A stretch of DNA of 63,888 nt, filler included, from Octopus bimaculoides (taxonomy: Eukaryota): the NCBI RefSeq assembly GCF_001194135.2. It is 7 parts of 6 records of this genome, joined end to end, with 100 filler letters (N's around TTAATTAATTAA, not from the genome) between each part and the next. Parts side by side here need not be neighbours in the genome. Positions count along the whole stretch, not along the records: positions 35,911 to 58,091 come from NC_068981.1; positions 58,192 to 61,651 come from NC_069002.1; 5 more parts are not named here. One strand, 5' to 3'. The notes beneath the pieces are model-generated. The model ran no database searches and was not told where the DNA came from. It saw nothing but the letters and a program-made list of their open reading frames with translations. Position numbers and translations under genes: made by a program. Positions 48,080-60,069 of the stretch are shown one piece after another (position 1 is the first letter of the stretch; each line of letters starts with the position of its first letter).

Positions 48080-48495
48080 NNNNNNNNNNNNNNNNNNNNN
48101 NNNNNNNNNNNNNNNNNNNNNNNNNNNNNNNNNNNNNNNNNNNNNNNNNNNNNNNNNNNNNNNNNNNNNNNNNNNNNNNNNNNNNNNNNNNNNNNNNNNN
48201 NNNNNNNNNNNNNNNNNNNNNNNNNNNNNNNNNNNNNNNNNNNNNNNNNNCAAGATTTAACTCTCAAACGTCCCAAGTCTTATTCCATCTCTAACTCAAC
48301 ACTCAGATCACAACTGTACCGAAGGAAAAGTGTTTCTTTAGCTTACATTTCTGGGTTAAAATCAATTCTCGCTAATCAGATTAAGAGATTAAGAGAGCGA
48401 CAACAAATCACGTCACGATTGAACCTTGGACCCAGATTCTTGCCCGCTTGTGTTCACTTAGTCACTGTATCCAGATATATATACATACATATATG
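47803..48495. other. Identical ~245-bp duplication on both sides of a gap (probable assembly overlap)
   Basis: 47803-48047 equals 48251-48495; each copy ends at a TA-rich microsatellite. Confidence 0.8.
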
Positions 48496-51400
48496 TACAT
48501 ACCTACATCTACATGTATATATAGATGCATATCTGGGTACAAGACGTCAAAAAAGGAACGGGAACATAAACAAAACACAAAAAAACGGATTTTTTTTACA
48601 GACAACAGAATGAACACAGGAAAACAGACGAGCCACTTATGGAACTTTTCCTTCATCAGCTGCCTCTATTCTAAACTAGGCGTTTCGAAGATGAGGCAGA
48701 TATATATATACTGTGGGGGGGGATCTTTTAATTTTTTTTATTTTCCGACCACCAGAATTGTTTCAAATTTTCCACTCTGTTGTAGTTTAGCTGATGACGA
48801 AAATCATATTCATTTTGTCTTGAAATTAATAATTAAAAGTTACAAACCTTTAGAGTTATGTAATTTTAGTTAATCGAAAGCCTTCATTGCCCACATAACA
48901 GAAATCACAATTGCATGCTCTATTGGAATAGCATACGAAGAGTGTGATTCTGTTTTTTGTATTCCTCTCAACTAACGAGGGATCGCTTTTGTGTGGAGGA
49001 GTTAGAAACTGCGGTGGTTGAGTACGACATATATTTACTCAAGGTATGTGCAGAGCATCATCTTCGCGACCCATTTAAAACTGGTGAATCTGGCAGAATT
49101 ACCAGAATGACAGCAAACTGTGGTGGCAAAATTTCGTAACATGAAGACAATTCTTTATGGTCGGACTCACCGAAAACCGTCATATAACAATGAATCAAAC
49201 TTCGCTAACAACGAGAGACATATAATATGAAGCCCTCATAAAATGTTGTCTCCAAACATTTCAGAAAAGATCTTCAGTTCTGTCTTTGTTATAAAATAGT
49301 TACTTTACCGCCAACATTGTTCGACAATAATTTTCTCACAAGTTCCAATCGATATAAAATCATTCTTGGTGAAGCTGGCCTTTCACAGAATAATGGTAAA
49401 GGAGTCCCAATACGTTTCTCAGCTGTTTCAATAGCATCAGATCTAGAATCGGAGATTCTTCATGAAGCGTGAAATACATTATCTTTCAGGGTTTTTCCCG
49501 TTTTTCTTCCTTAGAAGTTGGTTTGTAAGATTTCTGCTCCCAAGAGCAACGTATGTCATAATGACCACACTGTCCCATTCTTTCTGTCGGCATACCTTGT
49601 CAAATCTTACAATTTTCTTTGGTGAATTACTTCCCTTTGTAACATTCGTTCGGTGGTAGATTCACGTGCTTTCCACAATTTATATTGACTCACAATTTCA
49701 TGTGACTCAGTCCGCTGGTCGGACGACCATTTCTACCTGCTTGAACAAATTTTGGCCAGTGAATTGAAGAAAACCTCCAGAGAAAAAGTACCTTTTGCGA
49801 GAACAACTTTGTTTGTGAGTCTACGTTAATAAACATTGAAGCGAGACGTTACCGGATATAGTGGTAGCAAACATTATCCAAACCCACCACAGCACTCCGA
49901 CGTCACGACTCCGCCCGCTTCGATAGCAAATTCAATCAGTACACTGGAAATATATATTAAGACAGTTGCTGTAGATGACAGTAAGAAACAGGTGATTCTA
50001 GGATATGTCGTGAGGGAGATCTTCGTGATAATACTTACTAAGAAGAATATCTTCCGATCTACTATTTCACTCTATGATTAAGAACGACCCAACTTTTTTC
50101 CCTGTGTTATTAACGTCATTACATCGATCGCTCTACTAATAACGACCTCACATTGTTCGCAATATCTCAGACGATTTTGCATTGGGTTTGTCTGCGTGTG
50201 TGTACGTTTATTCTTAACTGAATGTTTTATATTATGAGCGTGACTACAGAATACCAAGTCATGAAGTTTCTATTCCTTGATACAAGTTAGATATTAATTA
50301 ACACCGACATAACGACAACATTGAACATTAACTACACTATAAATACATCGATATTTTGAGCTACCCGCTTCTCCTCACTTCATTCATCCTCTCCCTTTTC
50401 CCTCAACTTTCTCATATTCTTTCCAGCTCTCTCCTCCTTTATTTTCTTCCTTGCGCGCTCTCTCTTTTTTTCTCTCCACAGATCGTCACTTCTAGTCCTA
50501 CTATCCCACTCGCCCACTTCCCTTTTACTGTAAGCATGTAATGTAAACAGACGTGGATTCTGTATCGTTTCAATTTTATGCTTTTCTTACATCTCATTTT
50601 TTTCCCTTCTCTTTGATAAAGAATATAATCTGAAACGTCAGGACTCCATCTATATCTTTCATTGTACATATTTGAACACATTTTTTTTTGTTTATACAGA
50701 ATAGGATGAACTAAGAAATTCTCAAAATTCCTTATCTTCTGACTAACATTAAAGTTCATTGATCTCACCCATCACTCCTTCTTACACCTACACTTTCTGC
50801 TGCTGCTGCTGCTTTTGTCACATCCTCTTGCAATTGATAACAACCTACCATAACAATAGATACTTCCATAAACGCGTTTCGCCACATTGGAATGACTTGA
50901 TAATAACAACACATTTCTCAGAACTCCATACGTGCTTTCGTCTATTTGAAATTGGGGATTTTCTCGGAATATCATAGGATCATTAAACAACCTCTTCGTT
51001 TTCATTCGCTGACATCCACTTTAAGATCCTTAACTGCATCGTTCAAAGGTTTTTAAATTATATATATATATATATATATATATNNNNNNNNNNNNNNNNN
51101 NNNNNNNNNNNNNNNNNNNNNNNNNNNNNNNNNNNNNNNNNNNNNNNNNNNNNNNNNNNNNNNNNNNNNNNNNNNNNNNNNNNNNNNNNNNNNNNNNNNN
51201 NNNNNNNNNNNNNNNNNNNNNNNNNNNNNNNNNNNNNNNNNNNNNNNNNNNNNNNNNNNNNNNNNNNNNNNNNNNNNNNNNNNNNNNNNNNNNNNNNNNN
51301 NNNNNNNNNNNNNNNNNNNNNNNNNNNNNNNNNNNNNNNNNNNNNNNNNNNNNNNNNNNNNNNNNNNNNNNNNNNNNNNNNNNNNNNNNNNNNNNNNNNN

Positions 51401-52046
51401 NNNNNNNNNNNNNNNNNNNNNNNNNNNNNNNNNNNNNNNNNNNNNNNNNNNNNNNNNNNNNNNNNNNNNNNNNNNNNNNNNNNNNNNNNNNNNNNNNNNN
51501 NNNNNNNNNNNNNNNNNNNNNNNNNNNNNNNNNNNNNNNNNNNNNNNNNNNNNNNNNNNNNNNNNNNNNNNNNNNNNNNNNNNNNNNNNNNNNNNNNNNN
51601 NNNNNNNNNNNNNNNNNNNNNNNNNNNNNNNNNNNNNNNNNNNNNNNNNNNNNNNNNNNNNNNNNNNNNNNNNNNNNNNNNNNNNNNNNNNNNNNNNNNN
51701 NNNNNNNNNNNNNNNNNNNNNNNNNNNNNNNNNNNNNNNNNNNNNNNNNNNNNNNNNNNNNNNNNNNNNNNNNNNNNNNNNNNNNNNNNNNNNNNNNNNN
51801 NNNNNNNNNNNNNNNNNNNNNNNNNNNNNNNNNNNNNNNNNNNNNNNNNNNNNNNNNNNNNNNNNNNNNNNNNNNNNNNNNNNNNNNNNNNNNNNNNNNN
51901 NNNNNNNNNNNNNNNNNNNNNNNNNNNNNNNNNNNNNNNNNNNNNNNNNNNNNNNNNNNNNNNNNNNNNNNNNNNNNNNNNNNNNNNNNNNNNNNNNNNN
52001 NNNNNNNNNNNNNNNNNNNNNNNNNNNNNNNNNNNNNNNNNNNNNN

Positions 52047-52195
52047 TTTTTTTTTCATTAATCTGAGTATGCCATGAGGTTGCAAGACATGAGTTCTATT
52101 CACACGTCAAGTTTCATCAAAATCGATAAAACGATGTAGGAGGAGTTAGCTAACAACTCTACAAACACACTCACAGACAGAATTTTCCACATATG
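52047..52195 (-). mobile_element. Non-autonomous Helitron 5'-type fragment
   Basis: AAGTTTCATCAAAATCGATAAAACGATGTAGGAGGAGTT..CACTCACAGACAGAATTTT resembles 16790-16888. Confidence 0.5.
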
Positions 52196-52359
52196 TATGT
52201 ATACATACACACACATATATGAATTTATATGTGCTATTATGTGAGAGTGTAAACTATCGGTGGAGTCTGTGTGTATGAGTGTGTGTGTGTGTGTAGTGAT
52301 AACCACATATTTTTCTGTATGCATTTATAGAGATTATATACGCGTGTAAATAGATGTAC

Positions 52360-54960
52360 GTGTCACGTGACTAAACCAGCGCGCAGTCTTCCCTCTTACA
52401 CTCCACATCTGATGCTTCTTAAGCCTAATTTTTGTCCTTTGTCAAACATGCACTCTGACACTGCACATCCAATGAAGCATACTTCATTCCTCGCTCGTCT
52501 TCGCGTGTCGTCTGCATTTAGGGACCACGTCTCACTACCATGTAGCATCGAAGTTCGTACACAAGCATCGCACAATCTTCTTTTCACTCGGTGAGAAAGA
52601 CGTTTTGTTCTTATTCTAGCGACTATATTTTCATAACTTTCTCCGCCACTGTTAATTAGTTTGCGTGGATAACAGAAATTATCCACCACCGCTAGGGAGC
52701 CTCCAACGCATTTCAGAAAATCGATTTCCCGTCTATCATTAGTCTTCATGACTTCTATGCATCTTCCACATGCAAGCACTCTTTCTTCCTGAAATTCCAC
52801 TGCACCTCATGTGTGTCCATAGTTGTATAGAATTCCTGCCTACACCTTTCCTGCATATCGAGCAAAGCCATTTATCTGAAGTGGGTAAGGTCCTACCTAT
52901 TTTCTTGCTTAATAGAACTTTGGTATTAAGACCCTTCCATTCCAAGTTTTGCTTCCACACCTGGAATTTCTTTTCAAATTCTGTTACAGATTCCGCAATG
53001 AGAATGAGGTTATCATCATATATGGTAGTTCCCAGGTGCTAGTGGTTTTAAATTCCTGTTATGTTCTAGAGTACAATGATGAATGGGAGGAGAACTGGGC
53101 TCTGGTGAACGCCTACCTGCACATTATGTTCGTCACTGTACTCATGGTTAACTCTTAACTTACTGACAGCAGCCTTGTTCATAGCTTGTACTGCTTTTAC
53201 ATGCCATTCATCTATCTCTAAGCGTCTTCAGAGATACCCATACTACAGAGTAAGGGATTCTATCAAAGGCTTTCTCCAAATCGATGAGTGCCAATGGTTT
53301 AATCTTGGCTAAATACTTTTCCTGCAAAAAAACTCACCAGAAAGATAGCATCAGTAGCATTCCTTCCAGACACAAAATCAAACGGTATCTCATCAAATTT
53401 CTTCTTACTATGCTATAACTATAATTTTCATGACTTGGCCCTCTGTAGTTACCGCTATCTCAGGCATCTCCTTTACGCCTGCAATAGCTGATTATAATGC
53501 TTTCAAAGCAATCACTGGGATGTCACCTACCTATATAACCTGATTAACTATACAGATGGCTAGGCTGTAACCTACTCTGCCAAATATTTTAAGCATCTCA
53601 GCTATGATTCCTGATGGACCAGGGGCTTTCCCTGCATTCATATCTTCAATCACCGTGTCAAGCACACAGCTGATAGCTGGTATCCTCTGTTGGGAAGACT
53701 CCCTTTCTCCCATGCATTCTCTACATTCGTTAACCTTTCCTAATAGCACTTCCATGCTTCTTTCTTTTCAGGGTCACTAAGGCCACTATCCATCCGTATA
53801 CACTTCTCTCTCACATCTTGATTCTCTTAAACACTACCATGCAATCCATCACGCCTATCGCTTCTGACCCTCAAGTTGTAAAACAATGGCGATCTTCTTT
53901 CTTTCTGCCCTTACTAAATAGACCTGCCGTCTACCTACTAGACATAGTTCTCTGCTGCCCCCATTTTCCCACTTTCCTGCCCTCTCTATCTCACTATTCC
54001 ACCACCATGTCACCTTCAGTCTCACTAAATTTTTGCCCCAGCCACAAATTTGATCTGTCACCCTCAATAGGCTGTCCCGTAAAAGTTTCCAGTTGTCTTC
54101 AATGTTATACATCTTTATCTTCTTCTCGTCAAATGCTTCAATTGGAATGTCTCTGAATCTCCGATCATTCGAATGATCCTTAAGCTTACATAACCTTCTT
54201 TCCTAGATTGGTTTGCGTCTCTGAGTCCTTCTATCCCTAAATCTGGAGTCACTAACCACTAACTCATGTCGAATCACTAACCACTTATCTCATTAAGAAA
54301 GGACTTGGCATTCACTCGTATCTCTTCTTTCTTGTGACAATGTTGTAAATCTGGCTCTTCTGTGGCCACCATATTGATAGATAACTCGCATGTTTCCTGA
54401 GGATAGTGTTGCAGCTCAACAAACCATTTACATCACAAAACTCCAGCAACCTTGTTCCCTCCGCATTTTTCTAGAACCAAAGCCGTAACTAGCAATGCAC
54501 GCCATGAAATCCGTTGGAATGCTGCTCAATATGTCCGATGAAGTCAACAGTCGCTGCTATTCGTCATCGGGGTGGTTCCGCAGAACTTCCTGTCATTGCT
54601 CCTTCTGATTAAGTACCAGCTCAGCATGAGGAGCAAATGTAGAGATGTCAGTTACATTATCCAGAGTTTAACAATCCTGCCATAACACCCTGATTACCTC
54701 GATCATCCTATCAGCCCATTTCCCAGCCAAAAGTATCCCTACCAACCTCAATCCATCACTACTGCCCATCCAGACGAATTTCTATCTACGTTCCTTGCCT
54801 ACGAACAGCCTAGCTGAAGTTCTCCTCCAGCATACTTCTTGAACACAGTACGCAGCAAATTATCTCTGCCCTAACATTTCAACAATCTCACATGACTCAC
54901 CTTTCATTGTACCTGTCAAGTTGAGAGAAGCAAAGGGGTACCTGCACTTGCCTGCAGGTA
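52360..54960 (-). mobile_element. Degraded RTE-clade LINE (APE endonuclease + RT)
   Basis: APE: TGTMKGESCEIVEML..YCVQEVCW..VGILL..WADRMIEVIRV. RT: GKAPGPSGIIAEMLK, DLEKAFDRIP, PWELPYDDNL, LHGSETWSL. Many stops and frameshifts. Confidence 0.9.
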
Positions 54961-55359
54961 GAGCGTCCTTGTACAGGTGAGTGAAATAAGTATATGCTAC
55001 TCAACAAATTAGTTTCACTCAAACACATCTAAGTGAAAGAATATAGCCTGGTCTGCTTACTTGTGAGTTATGCTATTCCATCATTTACCGTTTGGAGTGT
55101 GTGGGATATACATACATATAAGTATGCAATGTACAAGTGTGTTCTATCCAAAACTGATAGCCTACTCACTGGGACCGTTCATAAATGTAAGAAAAATTAT
55201 TAGCAATATAAGTGTGCGTGGGCAGGGTGATCTGTGGTTAACAAAACCACTCTGTAATGGAACCTTTCAATGGACATATCCAGAGATCACCCCCACATAC
55301 ATACCCTTCCAATGTCAATACACCCTTATGTGCATGTATAGATTGTGTATGAGTATGTA

Positions 55360-55540
55360 TATAAGGTAGCCTATTGCAAAAGTCACCGGAGCATGCAGCT
55401 GTCTGTACTCTGAGTCCAGATTCCACCAAAATCACCTTTGCCTTTCATCCATTCAGAGTCAATAAAGTACCAGTGCTGTATTGTGGTCAATTGTATTTCT
55501 CTTTCAGGAAGAAATTGACCACCATCAAGTGTGGAGAAGG
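55360..55540 (+). mobile_element. Diverged SINE family B
   Basis: CTGAGTCCAGATTCCACC..CACCTTTGCCTTTCATCCATTCAGAGTCAATAAAGTACCAG. Confidence 0.6.
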
Positions 55541-55666
55541 GTTCCACCAGTACTAACAAGGCCCAAGACATGTCATCATGCTACCCCACTGACATCAACA
55601 GCCAAGGGCCTATGGCATGGTGCTAGTGTTTCTCTGTTTTCGTGTGTTTATATCTAGATTTATGTC

Positions 55667-56134
55667 TTTTCTATTTAACCCATTTGGCCAATTAGACTGC
55701 AGCCACCCTGGGGCAATGCCTTCAAGAATTCTTAGTCAAATTGACCCGTGCTTTTTTTTTAAGCATGATATTTATCTGTCTCTTTTGCTGAACCACTAAA
55801 TTACAGGGATGTAAACAAACCAACACCAGTTGTCAAGCAGTGGTGGAGGACAGATAGTGACAGAGATAATACATGCCAAATCAGACTGGAATTTGGTGAA
55901 GCCCCTTAGCTTACCAGCCCTGGTCAAACCGTCCCACTCATGCCAGCATGGACAATGGACGTTAAATAAGATGGGCTTCTTTCAGTTTCCGTCTACCAAA
56001 TCCACTCACAAGGTTTTGATCAGCCCGAGGCTATAGTAGAAAATACTTGCTCAAGGTACCATTCAGTGGGACTGAACCCAGAACCATGTGGGTGGGAAGC
56101 AAGCTTCTTACCATGCAACCACAGCTGTACCTAT
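55667..56134 (-). mobile_element. Diverged SINE family A
   Basis: GGGCTTCTTTCAGTTTCCGTCTACCAAATCCACTCACAAGG..GGGACTGAACCC..ACCATGTGG. Confidence 0.85.
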
Positions 56135-56253
56135 GCAGGTTTATTTTTTCAACATGACAAGCTGCATTTTTTTTCTCTTCTTTCACAAAAAGAATTTCAT
56201 TTCATTTACAAAGCATCACTCAATCACTTCGTTTAATGTCCGTTGTCCATTGT

Positions 56254-56335
56254 TACGATCAGACAAATTACAATCAGACAAATTACAATCAGACAAATTA
56301 TACAATCAGACAAATTATACGATCAGACAAATTAT
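56254..56335. repeat. 15-17-bp tandem repeat (ACAATCAGACAAATT) x5
   Basis: Directly visible. Confidence 0.9.
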
Positions 56336-56449
56336 AATGCAAGAAAAAGGGGTAAACTTCTGATTGCAACAACAAAGTGTTCAAACAGGGAAGTAAATGT
56401 TCATAAAGAGAGATTATGTCCAGTCTCAATTGTTTCAAGGTAGGTGGTG

Positions 56450-56990
56450 AATGGTCCGACCCGTATGCAGCTCTGTCTCGTGCTCGTTCTATCTGCGCTA
56501 AGCCCCGCTGTCTTCCCCACTCCCCTTTTTAACAGGAAGTACGAGATTACCTGCTGGTATGGGTTGGACAGTTTGACTGGGCTGGCACGCTGGAAGGCTA
56601 CACCAGGCTCCCGTCTGATTCGGCATGGCTTTCTATGGTTGGATGTCCTTCCTAACACCAACCAGAGTTTAATGGGTGCCTTTACATACCACCGGCACAG
56701 GTGCTATTTGCATGACACCAGTATGACACTTTTATGGATTTTGCTCAGCTTGGCGGGTCTTCTCAAGGACGACATAATGCCAAAGATCTTGGTCATTGTC
56801 TCTGTGAGGACCAACACTCGAAAGGAGCTCGGCCACTTTGCATCCGTGAAGCCCAAGGTTCGAAAGGAACTCGGCCACCTCGCCTCTGTGAGGCCTACTC
56901 AAAAGGAACTCAGCCACCTCGCCTCAGTGAGGCCCACTCGAAAGGAACTTAGCCACCTCACCTCCATGAGGCCCAACACTCCAAAGGCAC
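56450..56990 (+). mobile_element. Non-autonomous element with an RTE-like 3' motif and a 39/42-bp minisatellite
   Basis: GGTTGGATGTCCTTCCTAACACCAACC resembles RTE 3' ends (from memory). Five units start at 56801, 56843, 56885, 56924 and 56963. Confidence 0.55.
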
Positions 56991-58191
56991 ACAGCAGTTA
57001 TAAACAAAAGATTCACAACAAAGCCATCTTTCATCAATATTCCAAGAAAAGAAAAAACATAGACAACAGAAATCTGGTGAAACTGGTGTTTTATTTCTGA
57101 TTTAAAGATGATTAGAAATCACGTTGAATGTAAAATGGTCATCAGTTCTCCATGCCACTGGTTCGACATCGAATTCCCAATGTCATTTCATTAAGATGAC
57201 CATTAAACAGCTTTCAACAAGAGATTTCCAGGAACTAAATATCTAGATGTACAGGACTTGCTCAAGGTCTCATTAGTACAAAACTAGAATTAACAACACA
57301 AGAAAAATTTACAAAAAATTTCTTTTGAACATTTAAAAAAATTATACATAGAAAAAAATTGACTCCTAAAAACCAGCAGCTTTCTCAACAGACAGTTGTT
57401 CTCCAGGGATGGAACCACAATATTTAGGGAGACATTTCTGGTTTTATTGGCAGCCAAAAACCAAAAACAGGTCCCTGTTTACAGTTGAATATGCGCTATT
57501 TTTTATTGCTTCCTTAGCAGAATAAAAATGTTACAAAATTGTAAAGGGTATTCTGAAGGAAGCAAGAAAAAATATTAGGGGACAGTAAAAATATCAAATT
57601 AAGTTACAAAAACACGATTTTTGCATCAAATTTTAAACAACATTTTCTACAAAGAAAAAATAAAATTTTGTAAAATAAAATTTTTTTGCTTTTTTTTTTT
57701 AAAACCAGCTTCAATTTTCCAAAGTAGATCCTTAATGAATGCCAAAACTTAATGAACAAAGTTATTTATGTTTACTAGAAAAAGGACTTGGGGGAAGGAC
57801 GGGATGAGAGTGGCTGAAAAGTGGAGATGAAATGAGAAAAAAAAAAAAAGAAAATTCGGATGCAGGATTCCTAACTGTGGTTAGAATTGAATGAAAACAA
57901 CCCTGGACAAAGCAAAATGCCTTGGAATGGAATGGACAGTAACTATTGATTAGCTTATATCAAAGACCAGTCAAAGTTCAATTTTATGTTCAGCGGTTCA
58001 ACCAATATTTACATGGACAAGGACTTTTAACCAATATGAAAGGGGCAAATATAATTGCAAAAGAGAAGCAAACAAATCCATTTTTCTTCTTNNNNNNNNN
58101 NNNNNNNNNNNNNNNNNNNNNNNNNNNNNNNNNNNTTAATTAATTAANNNNNNNNNNNNNNNNNNNNNNNNNNNNNNNNNNNNNNNNNNNN

Positions 58192-58576
58192 CTTGCACTT
58201 CTTCTTTTGATGGGACAGACTTTATTGTTACTGGTGTTTTCCCTATCTTCCTGTAGAAATTTTTGGGGTTATGTTTGAATATGTTATTATCTCGGAAGAA
58301 TCTAACACGCTTTTCATACCTTGCTATACGGGAAGCTTTAGCACATACCTTTTGCTTGATGGTTTCTATGGTGGTATCAATGTCAACTATGGTTTTCACA
58401 TTATATTTTTTCTTTAGTTTTTGGGTCTTTGTAGGTTTGATACTCTTGTCAAATTTAAGGTTTTTCAAACATTCTATGTCAGATCTAAGTATCTTAATTT
58501 GGTGTTGAATGCGCTCTTGCCAAGAAGGCTTTTTGTGGGAGTGTTGTCGTTTTCTAATCATTTCACCACAGAGCCG
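58192..58576 (-). mobile_element. R4/Dong-like LINE, conserved pre-RT region
   Basis: KPSWQERIQHQIKILRSDI..IKQKVCAKASRIARYEKRVRFFRDNNIFKHNPKNFYRKIG..PSKEEV; (AAT)n at 58577-58620 lies 5' of it. Confidence 0.88.
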
Positions 58577-59113
58577 TATTATTATTATTACTATTATTAT
58601 TATCATTATTATTATTGTTATTTCCATCAATATCATAGTCGATATCACGAATCGCATGCTACCCATTGCTCACTTCCGAATACAATATAAAGTTGGTTCG
58701 AACTTTCAATGTATACACGTTTAACATATTTTAGTTCCTTTTCTGTTTCTTCCTTTTGTTTTTCATATTTTTTATGTTGTTCTTTTTCCAGAAAATATTA
58801 TGCCTTTCTATTACCACACACATATCGGCATAACGATTAACGTTATTTGACCCCGAGCGCAAGATTGACCAAATATGATACATACAGCGCGTCCGTGAAT
58901 GAAGTGCTGTCAATGATATCGTGTTATTAAAGTATTTCGATGCGAGACTAAAAACCAATGACTATCAATATTGTAAGATACGTGTGCTATCTGATCTGTT
59001 CTGTTTTCAAGCTTTTGATTCAATTTGACAATACACTGTACTGTCATTGAAACGTAACACCAACAACCTCTTCTTGCATACAGTCAATAATCTGAAAATC
59101 TGTGTGACTTTAT

Positions 59114-59131
59114 TTCCAGAAGCTTCTGGAA
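59114..59131. promoter_or_regulatory. Perfect four-unit heat-shock-element-like palindrome
   Basis: TTC-CA-GAA-GC-TTC-TG-GAA matches alternating nGAAn/nTTCn; no linked promoter or gene identified. Confidence 0.4.
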
Positions 59132-59997
59132 CTGTTCCATAGAACTAATATATGCCCAAAGTGTATTTTTCAATTTCATCGTCTCACAATTTTGTCACAA
59201 TTAATTTTCTTTTTAAAAATGTCGATCATCAAAAATGAATAAATAATAACTAAATAAACAAATGAATCAATCAATAAATAAGAAAAATTGATTGTCAGTA
59301 TGTGAGCCTTCAGGCAAGATTACTTTATCATTTTCTAATAAATGTTTTAATTTTGGTCAAGTTATGACCATGAAAAATATGGCAGCCGCAGCATATTGAN
59401 NNNNNNNNNCCCCCCCCCCCAAAAAAAAAACGATTGCCACAGATAATGAATCGAGAGAGCGATAGATACATATGCAAACAGTGGGTGCATACATGAACCA
59501 TGCACGCACGCACACGCACGCACACACACGCACATACACACAGACACACACAGACAAACACACACACACACACACACACACACGTATATAAATACGTGTA
59601 GACATGTATATACACAGCCGAACGCAATCGATTACATGTCATGGACAAAAAGTGTCGTCTTATATCAATGAGAAGCGGACTGATGGTTAGACGTTGACAA
59701 AAGGGCGTTTGACGCTTGTATTGAGGCAACCATTATATATAGGTCGATGACTGTCCACATCGCAGACACCGTGTATACACGTGTTTGTTTATGTATCAAA
59801 AGGTTTCGCTTTCACTTAGCTTTACACAGATAAAATTAATAATCTATCAATCTATTTCAATAGATTTATCGGTTTATCCATCTGTCTCGCATTCTCTGTT
59901 TCTGTCTCTCTCTCTCACTCTCTCTCTCTATTTATATATGTATACATGCACTTATATATACATTCATTTATGAATACATACAGACACACAGACGTGC

Positions 59998-60000
<3 letters not shown>

Positions 60001-60067
<67 letters not shown>
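60001..60067. repeat. (TG)n microsatellite
   Basis: Directly visible. Confidence 0.95.

Positions 60068-60069
<2 letters not shown>

Noticed and set aside
48646-48700. Minus-strand GAAAC...CTGATGA with CTGCCTC/GAGGCAG stem (possible type II hammerhead)
   Set aside because: No stem II between the boxes and no valid UH position.
49240-49280. Minus-strand CTGAAGA..GAAA with a 5-bp stem III
   Set aside because: Stem II is absent and stem I is only 2 bp; chance match.
48900-50060. Complex region with protein-like minus-strand stretches
   Set aside because: Multiple stops and no assignable family motif; left unclassified.
56254-56988. Tandem repeats as a CRISPR array
   Set aside because: No unique spacers; eukaryotic context and no cas genes.
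56444-57100. 218-aa ORF as a host gene
   Set aside because: Built from a repeat element and a minisatellite, with no splice context or family similarity.
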